From contig NC_042998.1 of the NCBI RefSeq assembly GCF_006345805.1, positions 38,006,001-38,070,000 of the forward strand: a DNA stretch of 64,000 nt, in the 5' to 3' direction. This document shows, one piece after another, positions 21,342 to 35,889 of this stretch. The notes under the pieces are model-generated. The model had not been told where the DNA came from and did not search any database. It was given only the letters and a program-made list of their open reading frames with translations. Position 1 is the first letter of the stretch, and each line of letters opens with the position of its first letter. Position numbers and translations under genes: made by a program. The stretch is from Octopus sinensis. Taxonomy: Eukaryota.

Positions 21342-22314
21342 TATATTATATTATATTAGATGAGATTAGATTCGATTAGATTAGAAGCGAAGTATGAAAC
21401 TAGCTTTTGTTTCTATTCCATTTATTATAATCCATTCTCCTATTATGTAGAGTACGTGTTTTTGAACTATCAGGTTTCATTGTAGAATGTAAAACCATAA
21501 TGGGTTTCATTATCTTTTAAAGCAAAATCAAATACAGACGTAAGCTCTTAAGCAATTAAAAACAAAAGGGAATTTCTGAAATAATTTGTATAAGAAAATA
21601 CACCAATCATATTTTCATTGCATCGTATGGAAGAGACTGGAAATGTCAAATACATTCATATCTATTGTGGAATGAAGAATGAGCGGATGGATTTCAAATA
21701 TCATTTTAAATTTTGACAGAAACTTATAGCCCGTTCAGTAAAGTCGCTTCACCATAATGTATGCTTAAAATAGCGTGATCACCTTTCAACTGTCGAACGT
21801 TTCATAGAAAATCATTTTCAAATACGTGAAAATAACTCAATAGAATTCTTTGCCAGAGAATGAAAAAAAAATCGACTTGCCTTTCAACGCGTTTTGTTTA
21901 TGTATCAATAGAACAGAACTTCAATTCTTATTCGATTTGATTGGATTCACTGCCGAATCCTCTAAGGCAGGGTAATAAAATGTGTTAAAAAAACTGAAAA
22001 TACTGGTCCTTTCAAGAATGTCTTTCTAGTGTAATCAGCACATTGGTGGAACACCATTGAGGAACTGGAGAGGTTTAAGCAGCTTGCATGTGTATTCGTT
22101 TAGAGTTTCGGCAAATGAGACCGATAGAATAAGGTTTCAAAAAGGTAACTAGGGCCGATTCAACATGGCGGCAGTGTAATGACTGTAACGAGATAAAGCA
22201 ATAGTCAACTTTATGTTATTTTCACTTTCATACACACAAAATGATTTTGCAGTTGATACAGATACATACATACATTCACACACATATACACACGCACACA
22301 ATACGCACACAAAA

Positions 22315-22371
<57 letters not shown>

Positions 22372-22494
22372 CGCAATAGTAGCCTTTCATATAGATATAC
22401 TGGTCACTAACGTATAAGATGCAAATATTCTAAACCATTTCTCCCCTCATGCCCCATGATGGCAGAGAAACGCTGCTTCTGCTTTATACAGTAA

Positions 22495-22888
22495 CTAGCA
22501 GTATCCCCCGGCGTTGCTGCTCGGGTTTCTTTCGACCCTTTAGAATTTAAATTTTTGAAAAGTAAAAATTGTGCATCATGTACCTTGTTATTCTCTCTAA
22601 GTGAACATTTTTCTGGTTGAAATACACCGAAAAATGGCGACACAGCAGTCAAAAAATCGTAAAAAATAGGGATTTTCATAGAAAAAAGCACCTTTTTGAT
22701 GTAAATAATTTTTGGTGTTAACATGGTCCGATTTAAATTCTTTCTTCTACGGAAGGAAGAGCAAGCCTTCTTCTATCATACTCTCAATTTCGGTCAACTT
22801 GTGCCGCAGGGTCTTGGAGGAGATAGTGTTAGTTGAAGGCTATCAAACCTGCCATACACAGACAACTTCAGCTTTATATAGAGAGAGA
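22495..22888 (-). mobile_element. Non-autonomous Helitron
   Basis: Minus strand begins A|TCTCTCTCTATATAAAG and ends with a CCCG...CGGG hairpin (22507-22525) and CTAG|T. Inserted between A and T with no TSD. Confidence 0.75.
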
Positions 22889-22997
22889 TTGAGTATAATG
22901 AATCAACAAGAGGAACTCTCCAAAACACAACTGACATCACTAAATACATAGCTTCTTGTTTTTCGAAGGGAAGATGTAGTTATACACATCGTTACAC

Positions 22998-23318
22998 GGC
23001 CAGGGTGAAGGCACGCAAATTATTGGTTAGGGCATTCCGTTCACAATTTTATGACCGTGAGTTCAATTCCGGTGGTGCATCTTTGAACGAGATACTTTAT
23101 TTCACGTTTCCCCATGTCACTCATTTCAGAAATGAGTGGTACCTGTATTTCAAAGGACCAGTCTTGTCACATTCTGTGTCATGCTGAATCTCCCTGAGAA
23201 CTACATTAAGGGTAGGCGTGTCTGTGAAGTGCTCAGCCACTTCCACGTTACTTGCACGTGCTAGTTTTCCGTTGATCTGATCAACTGGAACATTCATCGT
23301 CGTAACCGACGGAATATC
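22998..23318 (+). mobile_element. Probable third SINE family
   Basis: tRNA-like head with GAGTTCAATTCC B-box and a GC-richer body than the flanks. Only one copy in the window, so family status rests on recall. Confidence 0.45.
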
Positions 23319-23952
23319 AAATTTTTTTCTGTTTTGTTTTTTACACTGGCAGGATAGCACGGATTGTTTTTTGTCAAATGCCAAATCAAACGATGCCTTC
23401 CCTTAAACAAGTGCAACACTAACATATAGACCTCACAAGGGGCAAACATAACATGAGGGCCTTAACCACAATGGGATATAAACGCTGCGCTCCCTCGCAA
23501 TCGATTAAACACCCGTCAACACGCTGAAATATGTAGTTAGGCACTACTTATATATCCCCATGAGTACGAAACCACCGAAAGTTCCGCCTTTCGTCTATTG
23601 ACACACTTTAGCAATACCAAATGACATATTGTCGACACTTTCTTTCGAACAAAAATACTAGTACGCATTCAACTTTTAGGGATTTGAGAGACCATAACAT
23701 TTTCGATGTTGTAGTGTCTCCAATATTTCCTAAAGTTTTGTACATCTCTATAACATACATTCTACAAATTTTTCATTAGAAATTGTTCAATTGCAGCTTG
23801 TATTTACAGCCTGTTGCCAGACAACAAGCGACTGGTTCTAATCTAATATTGCTGGAATTCAAAACACTATTAAATGTATATACTCAAAACACTCGTGAAA
23901 TTGATGGATATTCCAAATAAAACATTCCTGCTTGTAAATCTCTCGCTATGTA

Positions 23953-23994
<42 letters not shown>

Positions 23995-25519
23995 TGTGTG
24001 TGTGTGTGAGTACAGAAAGACGGAGAAAGAGAAAGAACTAAAATTAGACAATAAACATGTGTTCAGTTTTAAACAGAGATAGAATCATTATCGGAAAAGC
24101 TACCAAGAATACTTAAATCCATCAAATGATTTTAATATCAACTTAGCGTTTGATTAATATAAGCAGATAAGCTTGTCAAGAATTTAGAGCATTTCATATG
24201 AGTCAGTAGATCTTCGTAGATTTGTAAATCTAATCACTGAAGGAGGCTATTTTAAAAGAACACAGATAAATGAGAAAATAAGTGGAAATAATTTCTGTAT
24301 AGTTACTTTTAGAGTAGGACAAATAGTAATTTACAATGTAGCGTATACATAGAAATAAAAGACTAGTCATATTAATCCAGAGAAAATTCTAATGTCATGA
24401 CATCAAGGGTTAAGTGAAGAATGTAGGTTAACAGATGTGCTGGCCAGAATTTATAAATCGTTAAGTGCAAACTTGTTAACGTAATGTAGTAAGTGGCGAA
24501 GTAACAAGCGGCGCAGACAAGTAAGTGACAAATATGTGCACAGCAAGCCTGCAGACACTTGGTGAATCCAGGTGCACTTTTTGGTTATCTTAAGAACTTG
24601 TTAACTGCTTAAAATGACATACCATTTCTATATATCACTTGAATATATTCTATAATGATTCTTATCAAGAATTGAAAACAATTGGAATTGTTAAAACAGA
24701 AAATATTTATATTAGTGTTTAAATCGGTATTTGTTTTAAGCTGTTTAATGTCTCTACCACATAATTTTTAACTTGAAAGCATATGTGAGAAAATGCGCGA
24801 GGCCATTGAAATTGAGATTTAATTTTCAGCTAAGGCTGTGCTTTTGTTTGACTTTACAACTACAAGCCTCGCCGCTAAATATTAGCAGACATAAAAAATG
24901 TCGTAAAACTCTTGCTAAACTGTCCAGATAAACAATATTAGCCGAGACTGGATATTTATTTTCTATCTAGTGAATCTGCATACCTTTTGACTTGTGCACC
25001 AACATGCTTACATACTTCCATGGAAACGTATGCATACATACATACATACATCCTACACATATTGAAATTTGTGTGTGTAACCTGTAGATGTTACGTGGTA
25101 TAAAAAGCATGAGTTATATCGTAGGAGAGAAATTTTGCCAGCACCGACGGATGGCACTGTTGTATCACGTGATTTTATTGCAAATCCAGAATCACCACCA
25201 GGAGCAGCCAAGCACCGAATATAATTAAAAATTTTACTGAATAAATATTTATGTTTTAATGAAAGAAGAAAGTCACATTTTACAAAACGACTCCATGTTA
25301 TCAGCTTACGAAAGTTTAAGGAGTTTCCTTCAATGCAAGACTTCATCTACGCAGTGGAAGAAACACGTAAGGATAAATTTAAAGAGAAATGCCATTCATG
25401 CTATTTCCTAGAACAGGGACATAATAGTTCGTGTGATTTCTGTCGCTCATGAGAAGGATAGATATATCATTCTATTGACAAGGATCTATATTATTCTCAT
25501 TCATTTCAGAAATTAATAT

Positions 25520-25567
<48 letters not shown>

Positions 25568-25610
25568 CACAAAGTAAAGTTGTAAGGTACCGCACGATTG
25601 AAAATATAAA

Positions 25611-26400
25611 TGAAGGAAGGTTTGAAAATGCAAAGGTCATTTAGAGATGTTAATTGTCTTGACCGGTTTCACTTTTTTAGAAAATGATTACCAAAAGTAA
25701 AATGTTCTCATTGAAGAACCTTCTAATAATACTCCATTGTTTGGTTGCCCTTATTGATTTTAATGTCCATAATTAGTGGATATAGTTTTGCTATGGTCAA
25801 TATCTGTTATGGTGATTTCGCTTGTTTCTTTCTTTTTGTGTACTTAGATGTTTTTCTAAGAAGTTTTCACATTTTGGTCTGATTGGAAGCATAGAATCAT
25901 GTCTTTATCTTGTTTTTAGTTGTTTGTTTTTGAAATCTTCTTTTCGTATTTTATTGTTCAACGATCACCGATGTGAATATCTTTTCCTTTCTGAATTTCA
26001 AGGTTAATCCGCTTTATAGCGTATTCTCTTTTAACAAATATTTGTTTTTCTTTTATTTCTTTTTACGTTAGGCCTCTCATTTTGGCCGAAGCTGAATGGA
26101 ATATTAGTGTTCCGGGTGGCATGAAAATGAGGGAATTTCATCAGTTGTAAGTTTGAATTATAAGTCTGTTTCTATTATTCAGTTTTTCTAATTAGTATGT
26201 CTAAGAAGGTGAGAATTTAGTGATTGAAGCACACAGTCAATTAAATATGAAGGTTTGCGTTGTTCGTGAAATTTTATAATTATAAATTATGAATTATAAA
26301 TATGAATTGATATTTTCCCTTCAACAATTATAGTGAAATCTCTCCTAAATATCTGCGAAGATTTTCCATAGAATGTCAGTTCATAATATTCCATAACTAA
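25611..26400 (-). mobile_element. Degenerate Penelope-like element (RT remnant plus terminal repeat)
   Basis: Minus-strand remnants LTFLDILIRK and NIPFSF, as in Penelope RT LPFLD...NIP. The terminal segment containing GAAACCGGTC recurs inverted at 26835-26970 and 27019-27153. Confidence 0.5.
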
Positions 26401-26517
26401 ACTGGAAAAAATTTGAACAGGTTTTGGAAGCATGGCTTTGACTTTTGTCATTTGGCTATGTTACCGGACATAAATTAGTTGTTTACCATTATGGACTGAA
26501 CGCCATCGAGACAATGA

Positions 26518-26563
<46 letters not shown>

Positions 26564-26834
26564 TTATAGGCACAAAAATTTACAATGCATATATATATTC
26601 TTTGATAATAATAAGAAAATGTTAAAAACAGTTTACAGAAAAAATATTGAGAGGTATAAGGATTTCATAAGAAATCATGTTTGTTTGGAAGTATCTATAT
26701 ATATACGCAGAAGGAGATATATTTAGTTTACAAAGAATATGGAATGAAATGACCTGTTTCACCATTTTATCGTAAAATACTATTTTCTATTTCAAGGGAC
26801 ATGTGCTTATTATTATCAAAGAATGTATATATGT

Positions 26835-26966
26835 ATTGTAATATTTTGTGACAACCAGTACGTAACACAACAAAGCTTTTACATGTTACTTTAACAATTT
26901 TTTCTAAAAAAGTGAAACCGGTCAAGTGAATAAACATCTTTTAAAATTGCATTTTCAAACCTTCTC

Positions 26967-27021
<55 letters not shown>

Positions 27022-27152
27022 TGTAATATTTTGTGACAACCAGTACGTAACACAACAAAGCTTTTACATGTTACTTTAACAATTTTTTCTAAAAAAGTGA
27101 AACCGGTCAAGTGAATAAACATCTTTTAAATTGCATTTTCAAACCTTCTTTC

Positions 27153-27153
<1 letters not shown>
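26835..27153 (+). repeat. Tandem pair of ~135-bp repeats, inverted relative to 25611-25710 (pseudo-LTR-like)
   Basis: 26835-26970 and 27019-27153 are near identical and separated by (TA)n. The 27-nt core TTTTCTAAAAAAGTGAAACCGGTCAAG is the exact reverse complement of 25658-25684. Confidence 0.85.
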
Positions 27154-27210
<57 letters not shown>

Positions 27211-27829
27211 GGTCTCCCTACAAAAGACAAGTCATAATGAGGATCGAAGCGCCACAAAGATCAATCACAAAAAAAAAATAAATGGTATGATGGGACTTGA
27301 TTATTGGACTCGACTTAAACAGCTGGCATTATGTTTACAATTCACCCAAGACTAGGCCCTCGTGCAATGCGTCCCTTACAAAGGCCGAGATCACATCACA
27401 TGGGAACATTGCGAAACAATTTCTTCGCTGAAACTGGCCCTGCACTTTTCAAGGTTCCGAAATAATTAATTAAAAGACTTTTCCAGGTGGTACTATTGAG
27501 TTAGTCATGGCCTGGGCCGATAACGCCCGAAATCAATCTAAGTAATCTAAGTTATATACAGGCTCAGTCAACACATTTGGCTGAGTTTATACAAATTATA
27601 CAACCTCGTGTTAGAATGCTTATTCCGGGGTAGTTTGTCTGGGGAGACAAAACGAAATTGAGGCACCGGATATGGCAGAGTTTCCTTGCAGTAGTGAATT
27701 TAGTGTATCATGAATACACCTTTAATCTGAAAGAAGTTGATCTCCACTGACCAAATACAACAATAATTAGCATATTCACATTATAATCTGCCACGACGTG
27801 TAAAGAATGAAAGAAGGTATGTCAATGTG

Positions 27830-27861
27830 TATATATATATATATATATTTGTGTGTATATA

Positions 27862-27906
<45 letters not shown>

Positions 27907-27952
27907 CACACACACACACATATATATATATATACACACACACATATATATA

Positions 27953-27999
<47 letters not shown>

Positions 28000-28016
28000 T
28001 ACATATATATATATAC

Positions 28017-28056
<40 letters not shown>

Positions 28057-28102
28057 TACATATATACATATATACATATATATATATACATATATACATA
28101 TA

Positions 28103-28149
<47 letters not shown>

Positions 28150-28400
28150 TATATATATATACATATATATATACGTATGTAGGGATGGATGGATGCATGT
28201 ATACATATATGCATATTTATACTTATATGTGTGTATGTATGTTTGTATATATGTAATATGTATGTATGGGTGTGCGTGTGCACATATCCATGTATATTCA
28301 TATGTCTAGATATATACATTCGTGAATCCATGTATCCACAACACACACACGCACACACATACACACACACACACACACACGCACACACGCACACACAAAC
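27830..28400. repeat. (TA)/(CA) compound microsatellite
   Basis: Direct reading of the sequence. Confidence 0.95.
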
Positions 28401-29784
28401 GTATTTCCATTCATTCATATATATATGAAAACGGTGTCCACCTTGTTGTGTGGTAACGTCTCATGTTACACACTTTATTCAATTAGAAACGCTTCATTGA
28501 AACCAAATTTAAAATTATCTCCGTAATTAAATGAATCCAGTTCGAAGCACAAAATTTTAATCAACCAGAAATAATTGACAAAAGACAAGCACATCTCAGA
28601 CTATATATACACACCTTGCATATTTCCTCTATGTATAATTCCGAAACAAACCGTTTTAAAGTTATGATTATATACTAGCCTTTACTTTTCTTTTATAGAT
28701 TCCAGTAAGATTATATGTATTCGACCGCCAGTTATCATTACATTTAAAAGATATGCAGTATTGCGTAATCTAAATAATTTCACCATTCTTCATAACGATC
28801 ATCGTTCTTTCGCCTCACTGCGAGGCGCTAAGCAAATCTTTCCTGACTCGTGTACATTAAAAAATAAAAATAGAAGCAAGCGCACCCACCTATGCTTATG
28901 TCTAAAATTTCAGATAATAGACTTATATTTACGCTATCGAACTTGTTGAGTTTTGAAATTTGCTCCAGTAAATAGTAAAGTTTTCTGAGAAACACACAAC
29001 TCTCTCTAACCCACTCTGACACTTTTCCCTCACTCTGTTAGTATATGTATAAATAAATAAATATATATATATATATTAAGTATATGATTTACCTTATGAA
29101 AGAAAATTCAACAAATTCAATCCTATTTTTCGTAAATGGAGGAGATTAGATGTTAATATGGATTGAAAATATTCTTATTCATACGATCGTTTCATAAGGA
29201 AGACAATACATTCATTATAAGAATTTGGGTTGTCAAAAAGTATTTGTCAGTAGCAAACATTAAGGAAAGAAAAAAAAAAAGCTAAAAATTCGTTAGAATT
29301 GCACAGATTTGGTGTTCGTAATGTGCAATTCTTCTTAGAGTCATCTGTCGTGCAGGTCATCCCCTCACCTCCTGCCTCGAGAAAGGAAGCCTGTTTTCCT
29401 CTCTCTGATGGCTATGATGAAAATAGTTGCGTGTTGGACAAGACCCATTTCCATTTTTACAAAACACACGTCAGATGTTTAAAATTTCACTTCAATAGAA
29501 AAATGTAGATCGAAAATGATATACAGTCCCGATGGAAATACTTTGAAAGGTGAGTGAGAGTAATTTACTATAGGGCTACTTTCTGCCCCACCCCTACCCC
29601 GTTAACCAGGGAGCAACAAATGAGAGGATGTACTTGTCTTGGTTTTCAAAGGATTTTAAACATTATGTACAGTTTTCTTGAGATATCCCAAGCGGTCATG
29701 CTTCATACTCGAGAAACGTTTCTTGGCAATTTTTTGTCACTTGGCTTGGTTGTATCCTTTCCAAATATGCGAAGGGAATCGCCC

Positions 29785-30000
29785 TAATATAGAGTCGGAC
29801 ACCAAATACCTCGAGTGCATCGGCACTGTTCTGATGGAGTACACAGGGGTGACAGGATCAAGAATTAATCAAGAAAAGACTGTGCGACTGCAGCCCTGCT
29901 ATTAATCAGGCTGATTCGTGCCACCCGAGAGGTAGCGAATGCCTTTATTGTGTCCGTCATAATCTGCCACCTTACGCTAACTAACCTGGATTACTTGCCC
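29785..30000 (+). mobile_element. Degenerate Tx1-like RT fragment
   Basis: ...LECIGTVLMEYTGVTGSRINQEKTVRL and EVANAFIVSVIICHLT resemble the segments following YADD in L1/Tx1 RTs. Confidence 0.45.
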
Positions 30001-30084
30001 TTTGACTGTCTGCAAAGGAGACGATGCTTTGCACATGTGAGATTGCTTTCAAACTTCGCAGTTTCAAGGGCTGTGCAAGCCATG

Positions 30085-30410
30085 ATTTATTCATCCTTGG
30101 GTTTGTTGATAATAAGTTCCGTGAAATTTCAAAACGATTCTTGGGATTCTCCAGAAAACATGAAGGTAACTTTCTGCAAGTTGAAAATACGTCTCCTGGT
30201 CCTACTTGGCGTTAGCCTCTCCGTTAGTATGACGGAGCGATTGCCACATGAACAATTGCACCCGTTGTGATCTCCAATCCTTTTAGCTCCCTTGCTAGGC
30301 ACCGATATTTCTCCGCCTTTTCAATTGCCTTGCTATGAACTCTACAATAGTATGGTATTGCAAAACCGTGACGGTTAAGACGTTTTCTTCTAAGTGATCC
30401 ATTCAACTGT
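30085..30410 (-). mobile_element. Highly degenerate RLE endonuclease 3' fragment
   Basis: FAIPYYCRVHSKAIEKAEKYRCLARELK...VHVAI and LQKV...RIPRIVLK parallel the DxxIP...EKxxKY.DL...LQK...RILR motif order. Confidence 0.45.
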
Positions 30411-31539
30411 TGTCTTCATTTCCGATATCATCTCTCAGAACATTTTCCCAATAATACCTTGTTTCTCTGTTTAATATTTTAGCCGGGAAATAGCAATCGT
30501 ATGATGTATTGTCGCATTTCAGCTGTTTGTTTATTGTAGTTTGATGCTAGATTTTGTTACGGTCTCCAACGATTCTTCACCTGCTGTGATCCTTGTTTTT
30601 AAGCTATTTACTTTCTCCCCGCATTTATCAACAACTGTTTTTACCAGGTTCCTGATAAAATCATCTTGACGTCGAGTCTAAATGTTTGTATAGTTCAAAG
30701 ACACACTGTCGTTTATCATATTAGCAAATTCTTAGGGAATTACCGAGGATTTATTGCTTTAGACGCTCCTGGATTCCTGATCCGCCGCTTCCTTGCATTT
30801 TGTTACGCTACAGTTGTATCGTTTTTATTTTCTTTTTCCCCATTTGTCTCTTTCTTTGAATGATTTCCTGAAAGAATTAAGCAACCCTTTTACGCAGTCT
30901 CTTTTGTTTTATATAAGTGATTTTTACGTTGTCTGTTTGGAATGTAATATTCCTAATTATATAAAGAAGAAATGCCCGTTTTCCATTTTAAATACAGAGG
31001 AGGCAACGTGTATTATTTTATACAGATAATATCGATGGTTGGTTTCTTTTATGTTTGGAATAAGAGGATAAATGCATCTTTCAGTGTGTTGCTAATGTCT
31101 CGTTGAGTTTTAACGTGGGAAGGTGCTTAGGTTAATCCATTGGAAGATACCTACAACGCCGGAAAAATAACTTAGCTGTATGTCTTACCTCTGTAAGTTC
31201 TGAGTTCATATGCCGGCCGAGTCGACTTTGTTTTTCGTCATTTTCATCATAATGGGGGAGAAGAGAGCGGAGAGAGTAAGAGTTTAAAGTGCACCTGTTA
31301 GTGAGGGAGACGGTAGCAGCAGCAATAACAATGAAGCCGACATCAATAGCAATGGTAGCAGCGAGAGTAGTGGTGTTATCAGTGGTAGTTGCAGCTTTGA
31401 GAGCACCTCAGACGGCAGTAACATCAGCAGTGCCAATATTAATAGTAAAAGCAGGGTGAAAGTATGAGGTGATAGTAGCGTTAGTAGCAGCGGTGGCAGC
31501 GGGTTCAAGCGCAGCAATAGTAAAGCATCTTTGGCGGGG

Positions 31540-32330
31540 CATGGCGGCCTTTATAGAACGTTTTCCCTCATCCTTAACGGATAAATTGAAGACTAAATTG
31601 AAGAACTACGAATAATTTAGAACAACCGATTGGAGAAGGGAAGCGTTGGTTTCGTTGCTGAGACATTGGCTGCTACATCCAGAAAAATAATGACTCATAG
31701 GTGCATTAGCCTAAAGTCTCAAGTCGGTGGCCGCCCGCGATAGTGAGGATTTCATACTCTTCCCTAGATATTTGTGACGAAGAGCAACGGAAATTACCAT
31801 ACAAAGGATACAACATACCCAGCGTTTCCTTTGGGGTGAGCCTATGTAGTTGCCGGTTGTTAAGATTTTCCGAAGCTCATTTCATTGACGGAGCTACAGT
31901 CCTGGATCAAGCGTATACTGCGAAAGGGTACTTGGCGCCTAGAGTACCAGCAAACACTCACAGCCCTCTGCCATGCAGTCAGTGGAAGTTCCACATTGGA
32001 GTGCTATAACGGATTAGAGACAGGCACGGGCGATGACGTTGCTCTTGCTCGCTCCTGTGTCCGAGATGGCTGACTTCTGAGTTTTGTTGACGCGTATAGG
32101 ACGGTTATCAGTTGAGTCCATCGTGAGAATCACTTCAAACCGCCCCCTTCTTTTGGCCGAAAAGGCAATGCACTTTTTCTCTGCTTGGTGTCTGTAGCGA
32201 AAGTTTGTGTGGTGGGCGAGGTTGAAAGGACTGAAGAAAGATGCTTTCCACTTCGGCCAAGATCTCGTCAACTTGAAAAGGGAGTCGAATGCGTCGAGGA
32301 TAAACTGAAGAGATTGAAAAGGGGTGTGGT
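31540..32330 (+). mobile_element. Degenerate Tx1-like LINE 3' region
   Basis: TELQSWIKRILRKGTWRLE (31888-31945) and ALFLCLVSVAK / VWWARLKGLKKDAFHFGQDLVN (32165-32275) match the other Tx1-like fragments in this window. Confidence 0.6.
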
Positions 32331-32524
32331 ACCTGCCTGAGTTGCTCTTGGTTACCCTTGGGTGGAACTTCCCACCTGTTCGGAAAATTTTTGTTGAATC
32401 GCTGTTGTTAATTGCTCTTATTTTATTCCATTCTGTTTGATAATCTAATATTGTACTAATCCACACTTTCCCCTTTCTTTTGTGTTCACGTCCTCTGGTC
32501 AATTAATTTTATCATCATTATCAT

Positions 32525-32571
<47 letters not shown>

Positions 32572-33997
32572 ACTTCCTGTCTGGCTATTACTACCAACTA
32601 CCATAGCTTTCATTTACACGTGTCCCTTAAGACTAATTATTTTGATTTATATTTTAACTTTCTTGGGAGCTTTGAATTGTGGATTCAATGTCTGTCGCTG
32701 AGGAAATATAATCAAGTCGAAACGTGTCTCTTCCAGTTCGATGACGTCATTTACAGCCTATTTAGGTGTATTTTCATTCACATTTTCCATAAGGAGAAGC
32801 CCGTTACTGCAGCGTGAGTTTTTCCATATCTGAGCGTAAATTAACGCGTTAAATATAAATGTACCCAGCATTATTGTAATCTTCACTTCTAACTTAATTA
32901 TGTGTGGAGATGTGAGTTTGCGTCCATGTGCGCGTATGTATTTATGTGCACGCAAGTATGTGTGTGTGTGTGTGTTTTCACCTGTGTGCGTACGCGTGTG
33001 TAACTGTTTGCACTGAATCTCAGATTTTCTGAGATTCTTATTATATGAATAAGTTGTATAAACGTCCTTTGTTGTAATTCCCATAGTAACCATAAATCCG
33101 CTTTTATTTTGTGCATTTTCCCGGTATTAAGTTATTTAAAATTATATTTATATTGACAGCTACTTAGAATATGTATATATATATATATATGCGTGTGCGC
33201 GCGCGTATTACGTTTACATATATATCTGTGTGTATGTGTGCGTGTGTATGTGCTTATGTGTGCATGTGTGTGTGTGTCACTTTCCCCCACACGTAAAGAG
33301 GAAGAAGTTTTCAATTTTAAAAGTAGATGTAGTCATTGGAAACGGTTTTAAGTACGTCTCAGTGAAGAATGGTAATGGTTTTCAACGTAGAATAAGACAT
33401 AATGGTTATGCTTGTTGGGCGAGAACAGAACTGAAAATAGAAGTCAGGCTTACCGTTAATAACACATACACACTATTTGCAGATGAGTTTCTTTTTAAGC
33501 AGCTTAACGGAATTCAGAGGGTCATTAATAGTTCACTTCCGTTCAGGTGACTTCAATTCTGATCCTGGCAGAGCATACTGAAAGATGGTGCGGGTGCATT
33601 GATGATATTTTGGTTCATAGTTATTGCTTTGACATTCATAATTCGAGTTTTGAGAACATTCGATGATTGTGATATTACTTGCAGCAAATATGTTAGCCGC
33701 ACCGTATTAAGTTTTTTGCTCTTTTAATTAATAGAAACATTATTTCTAAATCTCTCAAAGAGAGATATTCGGTAACAGTTCATTAAAGTAAAGACTATTT
33801 GCCAACATAATGTGGCTGCTCTGGAAAGGACGACTGTCATTGCTGTTTAGCCTTAGGAAACATCATTCCCAGCTGGCGATGCGACACAATATCTGTGTCC
33901 TTATGTTTTCGCTTATTGTTTAACGTAAAATTTGCGTAATGTCGTTTCAGCTTTATTTAATTTCTTTTCTTAAAAACCAGTGCTTTTCTTAAAAACC

Positions 33998-34262
33998 AGT
34001 GCTTTTCAACCGGGTGGGGGTCCACATGAAACTCCGGGGTCCTTATAAGATTTCGCTGTTAAAATCTATGTCCAATAATGTGCCTCTCCTTCTACAATAC
34101 TCAAAATATTTTAGCAGTTTTTTTTATTGAATTCATTATAATATTTAATAATGAAAATATAACAGGATATTTGAAACATCGACTGGCTCTAAGGCTCCAC
34201 TCGAGGAAAATAGGAATCAAAGTGGTCCATACGTTGAGAATATAAACCAGGTTCGAAACATG
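33998..34262. mobile_element. Possible hAT-type MITE
   Basis: Left end CAGTGCTTTTCAACC and right end GGTTCGAAACATG resemble degenerate CAGTGGTTCTCAACC-type TIRs. A 19-bp duplication sits at the left junction. Confidence 0.35.
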
Positions 34263-34334
34263 AGCTTCATATGCAAACAGTTCTTCAGTTCTTGCTTGTT
34301 TGTTCCTGTCTTTTAATTTTGCTTATTTAGTGCT

Positions 34335-34552
34335 TACTCTTTTACTCTTTTTCTCTTTTTCTTTCAGTCATTTGATTGCGGCCATGCTGGAGCACCGCCT
34401 TTAGTCGAGCAAATCAACCCGGACTTATTCTTTGTAAACCCAGTACTTATTCTATCAGTCTCTTTTGCGAACCGCTAAGTGACGGGCGTAAACCCACCAG
34501 CATCGGTTGGTCAAGCAATGCTAGGGGGACAAACACAGACACACAAACATAT

Positions 34553-34585
<33 letters not shown>

Positions 34586-34787
34586 GATATATTATATATA
34601 TATATATAATATATATATATATTATATATATATATATACACATATAACGACAGACTTCTTTCAGTTTCCGTCTACCAAATCCACTCACAAGGCATTGGTC
34701 GGCCCGAGGCTATAGCAGAAGACACTTGCCCAAGATGCCACGCAGTGGGACTGGTTGGTAAGCAAGCTACTTACCACACAGCCACTC
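34335..34787 (-). mobile_element. SINE family B
   Basis: Colinear with 17663-18050. Confidence 0.8.
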
Positions 34788-35344
34788 TTTGTTTAACATT
34801 TTATAATTTTATCGAAGTAAATTTTATGTTTTAGATTTTTTTTGTAGAGTGTTTTTCAGATATGTTATACACGTCTCTTGCTCTAGTCTCCATAGAAAAT
34901 GCAGCATGTGTGTCAGCTTGTTGGTTTAATTATAGTCCGTGATTAATATTTTGTTTTCTACGTTGATTGTGATTTAAGTGGTTTGTTGTTTAATTAAAAC
35001 TTCTTAATTCCCTTTTTAGCTGTATTTAATTTCGTCTTTGTTGTCATTATTAATACATAGACTCTTTTGAGTAACAGTTTTGTTTCAGTTATTTAACTGT
35101 TTCTTAATCATTGTTTTAATGTTTGGTTGGAGTGCAAAACAAAGCAAAAATGTGGGGTTTTTTTACCATTGTAATTTCAGTTTTTGTAATGAGGTTTTGG
35201 AAATGTCTTTTTCGTTCCTGGAAGACATTTAACTTCTTTTGTATGTGTTTTTTTGTTTTGGTAATATGCGTGTATCAATGTGTCGTAGACTCTTTCTATA
35301 ACATGTGTATAGTATTGTTTGTGTTATCCTCAATAATCTAATCG

Positions 35345-35551
35345 ACTATGGTCACAAGGCCCGAAATTTGAGATTGGGAGGTTAGTCAATTACATCGACC
35401 CCACTGCTCGGCTGGGATTTATTTCATCGATCTCGAAAGGATGAAAGATAAAATCCTCTTCAATAGCATTTGAACTCAGTAGATAAAGACGGACTAAATC
35501 ATGCTAAGCTTTTTGTCCGATATATAAACAATTCTGCCGACTCACCGCCTT
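35345..35551 (-). mobile_element. SINE family A
   Basis: Diverged core and head. Confidence 0.65.
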
Positions 35552-35637
35552 GGTTATTTGTAATAATAAATCAGGAATGTATTAGCTTTGGAATTAAGTT
35601 CGCTAGAAGCTGATCCTTATGGTATGATTGACCTGTG

Positions 35638-35800
35638 ACAGTGGCTGTGTGGCCAATAGCTTTCTTAACAGCTACATGGTTCCAGGTTCAGTCACACTGC
35701 GTGACACCTGGGGCAAGTGTGTTCTACTATAGACTCGGGCCGATCAAAGCCTTGTGAATGGACTTGGTAGACGGAAACTGAGAGAAGCTCATCGTGTATA
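35638..35800 (+). mobile_element. SINE family B 5' part
   Basis: GTGGCTGTGTGG...GGTTCAGTC...GGGCAAGTG...GTAGACGGAAAC. Confidence 0.75.
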
Positions 35801-35855
35801 TATATATATTTATATATACATAGTATATATATATATTTATATATATATATATATC

Positions 35856-35889
<34 letters not shown>

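Noticed and set aside
25611-26970. TIR DNA transposon or MITE with a TA target
   Set aside because: The arms are only ~75% similar outside a 27-nt core, one arm is tandemly duplicated, and the interior has Penelope-type RT remnants. Reinterpreted as pseudo-LTRs.
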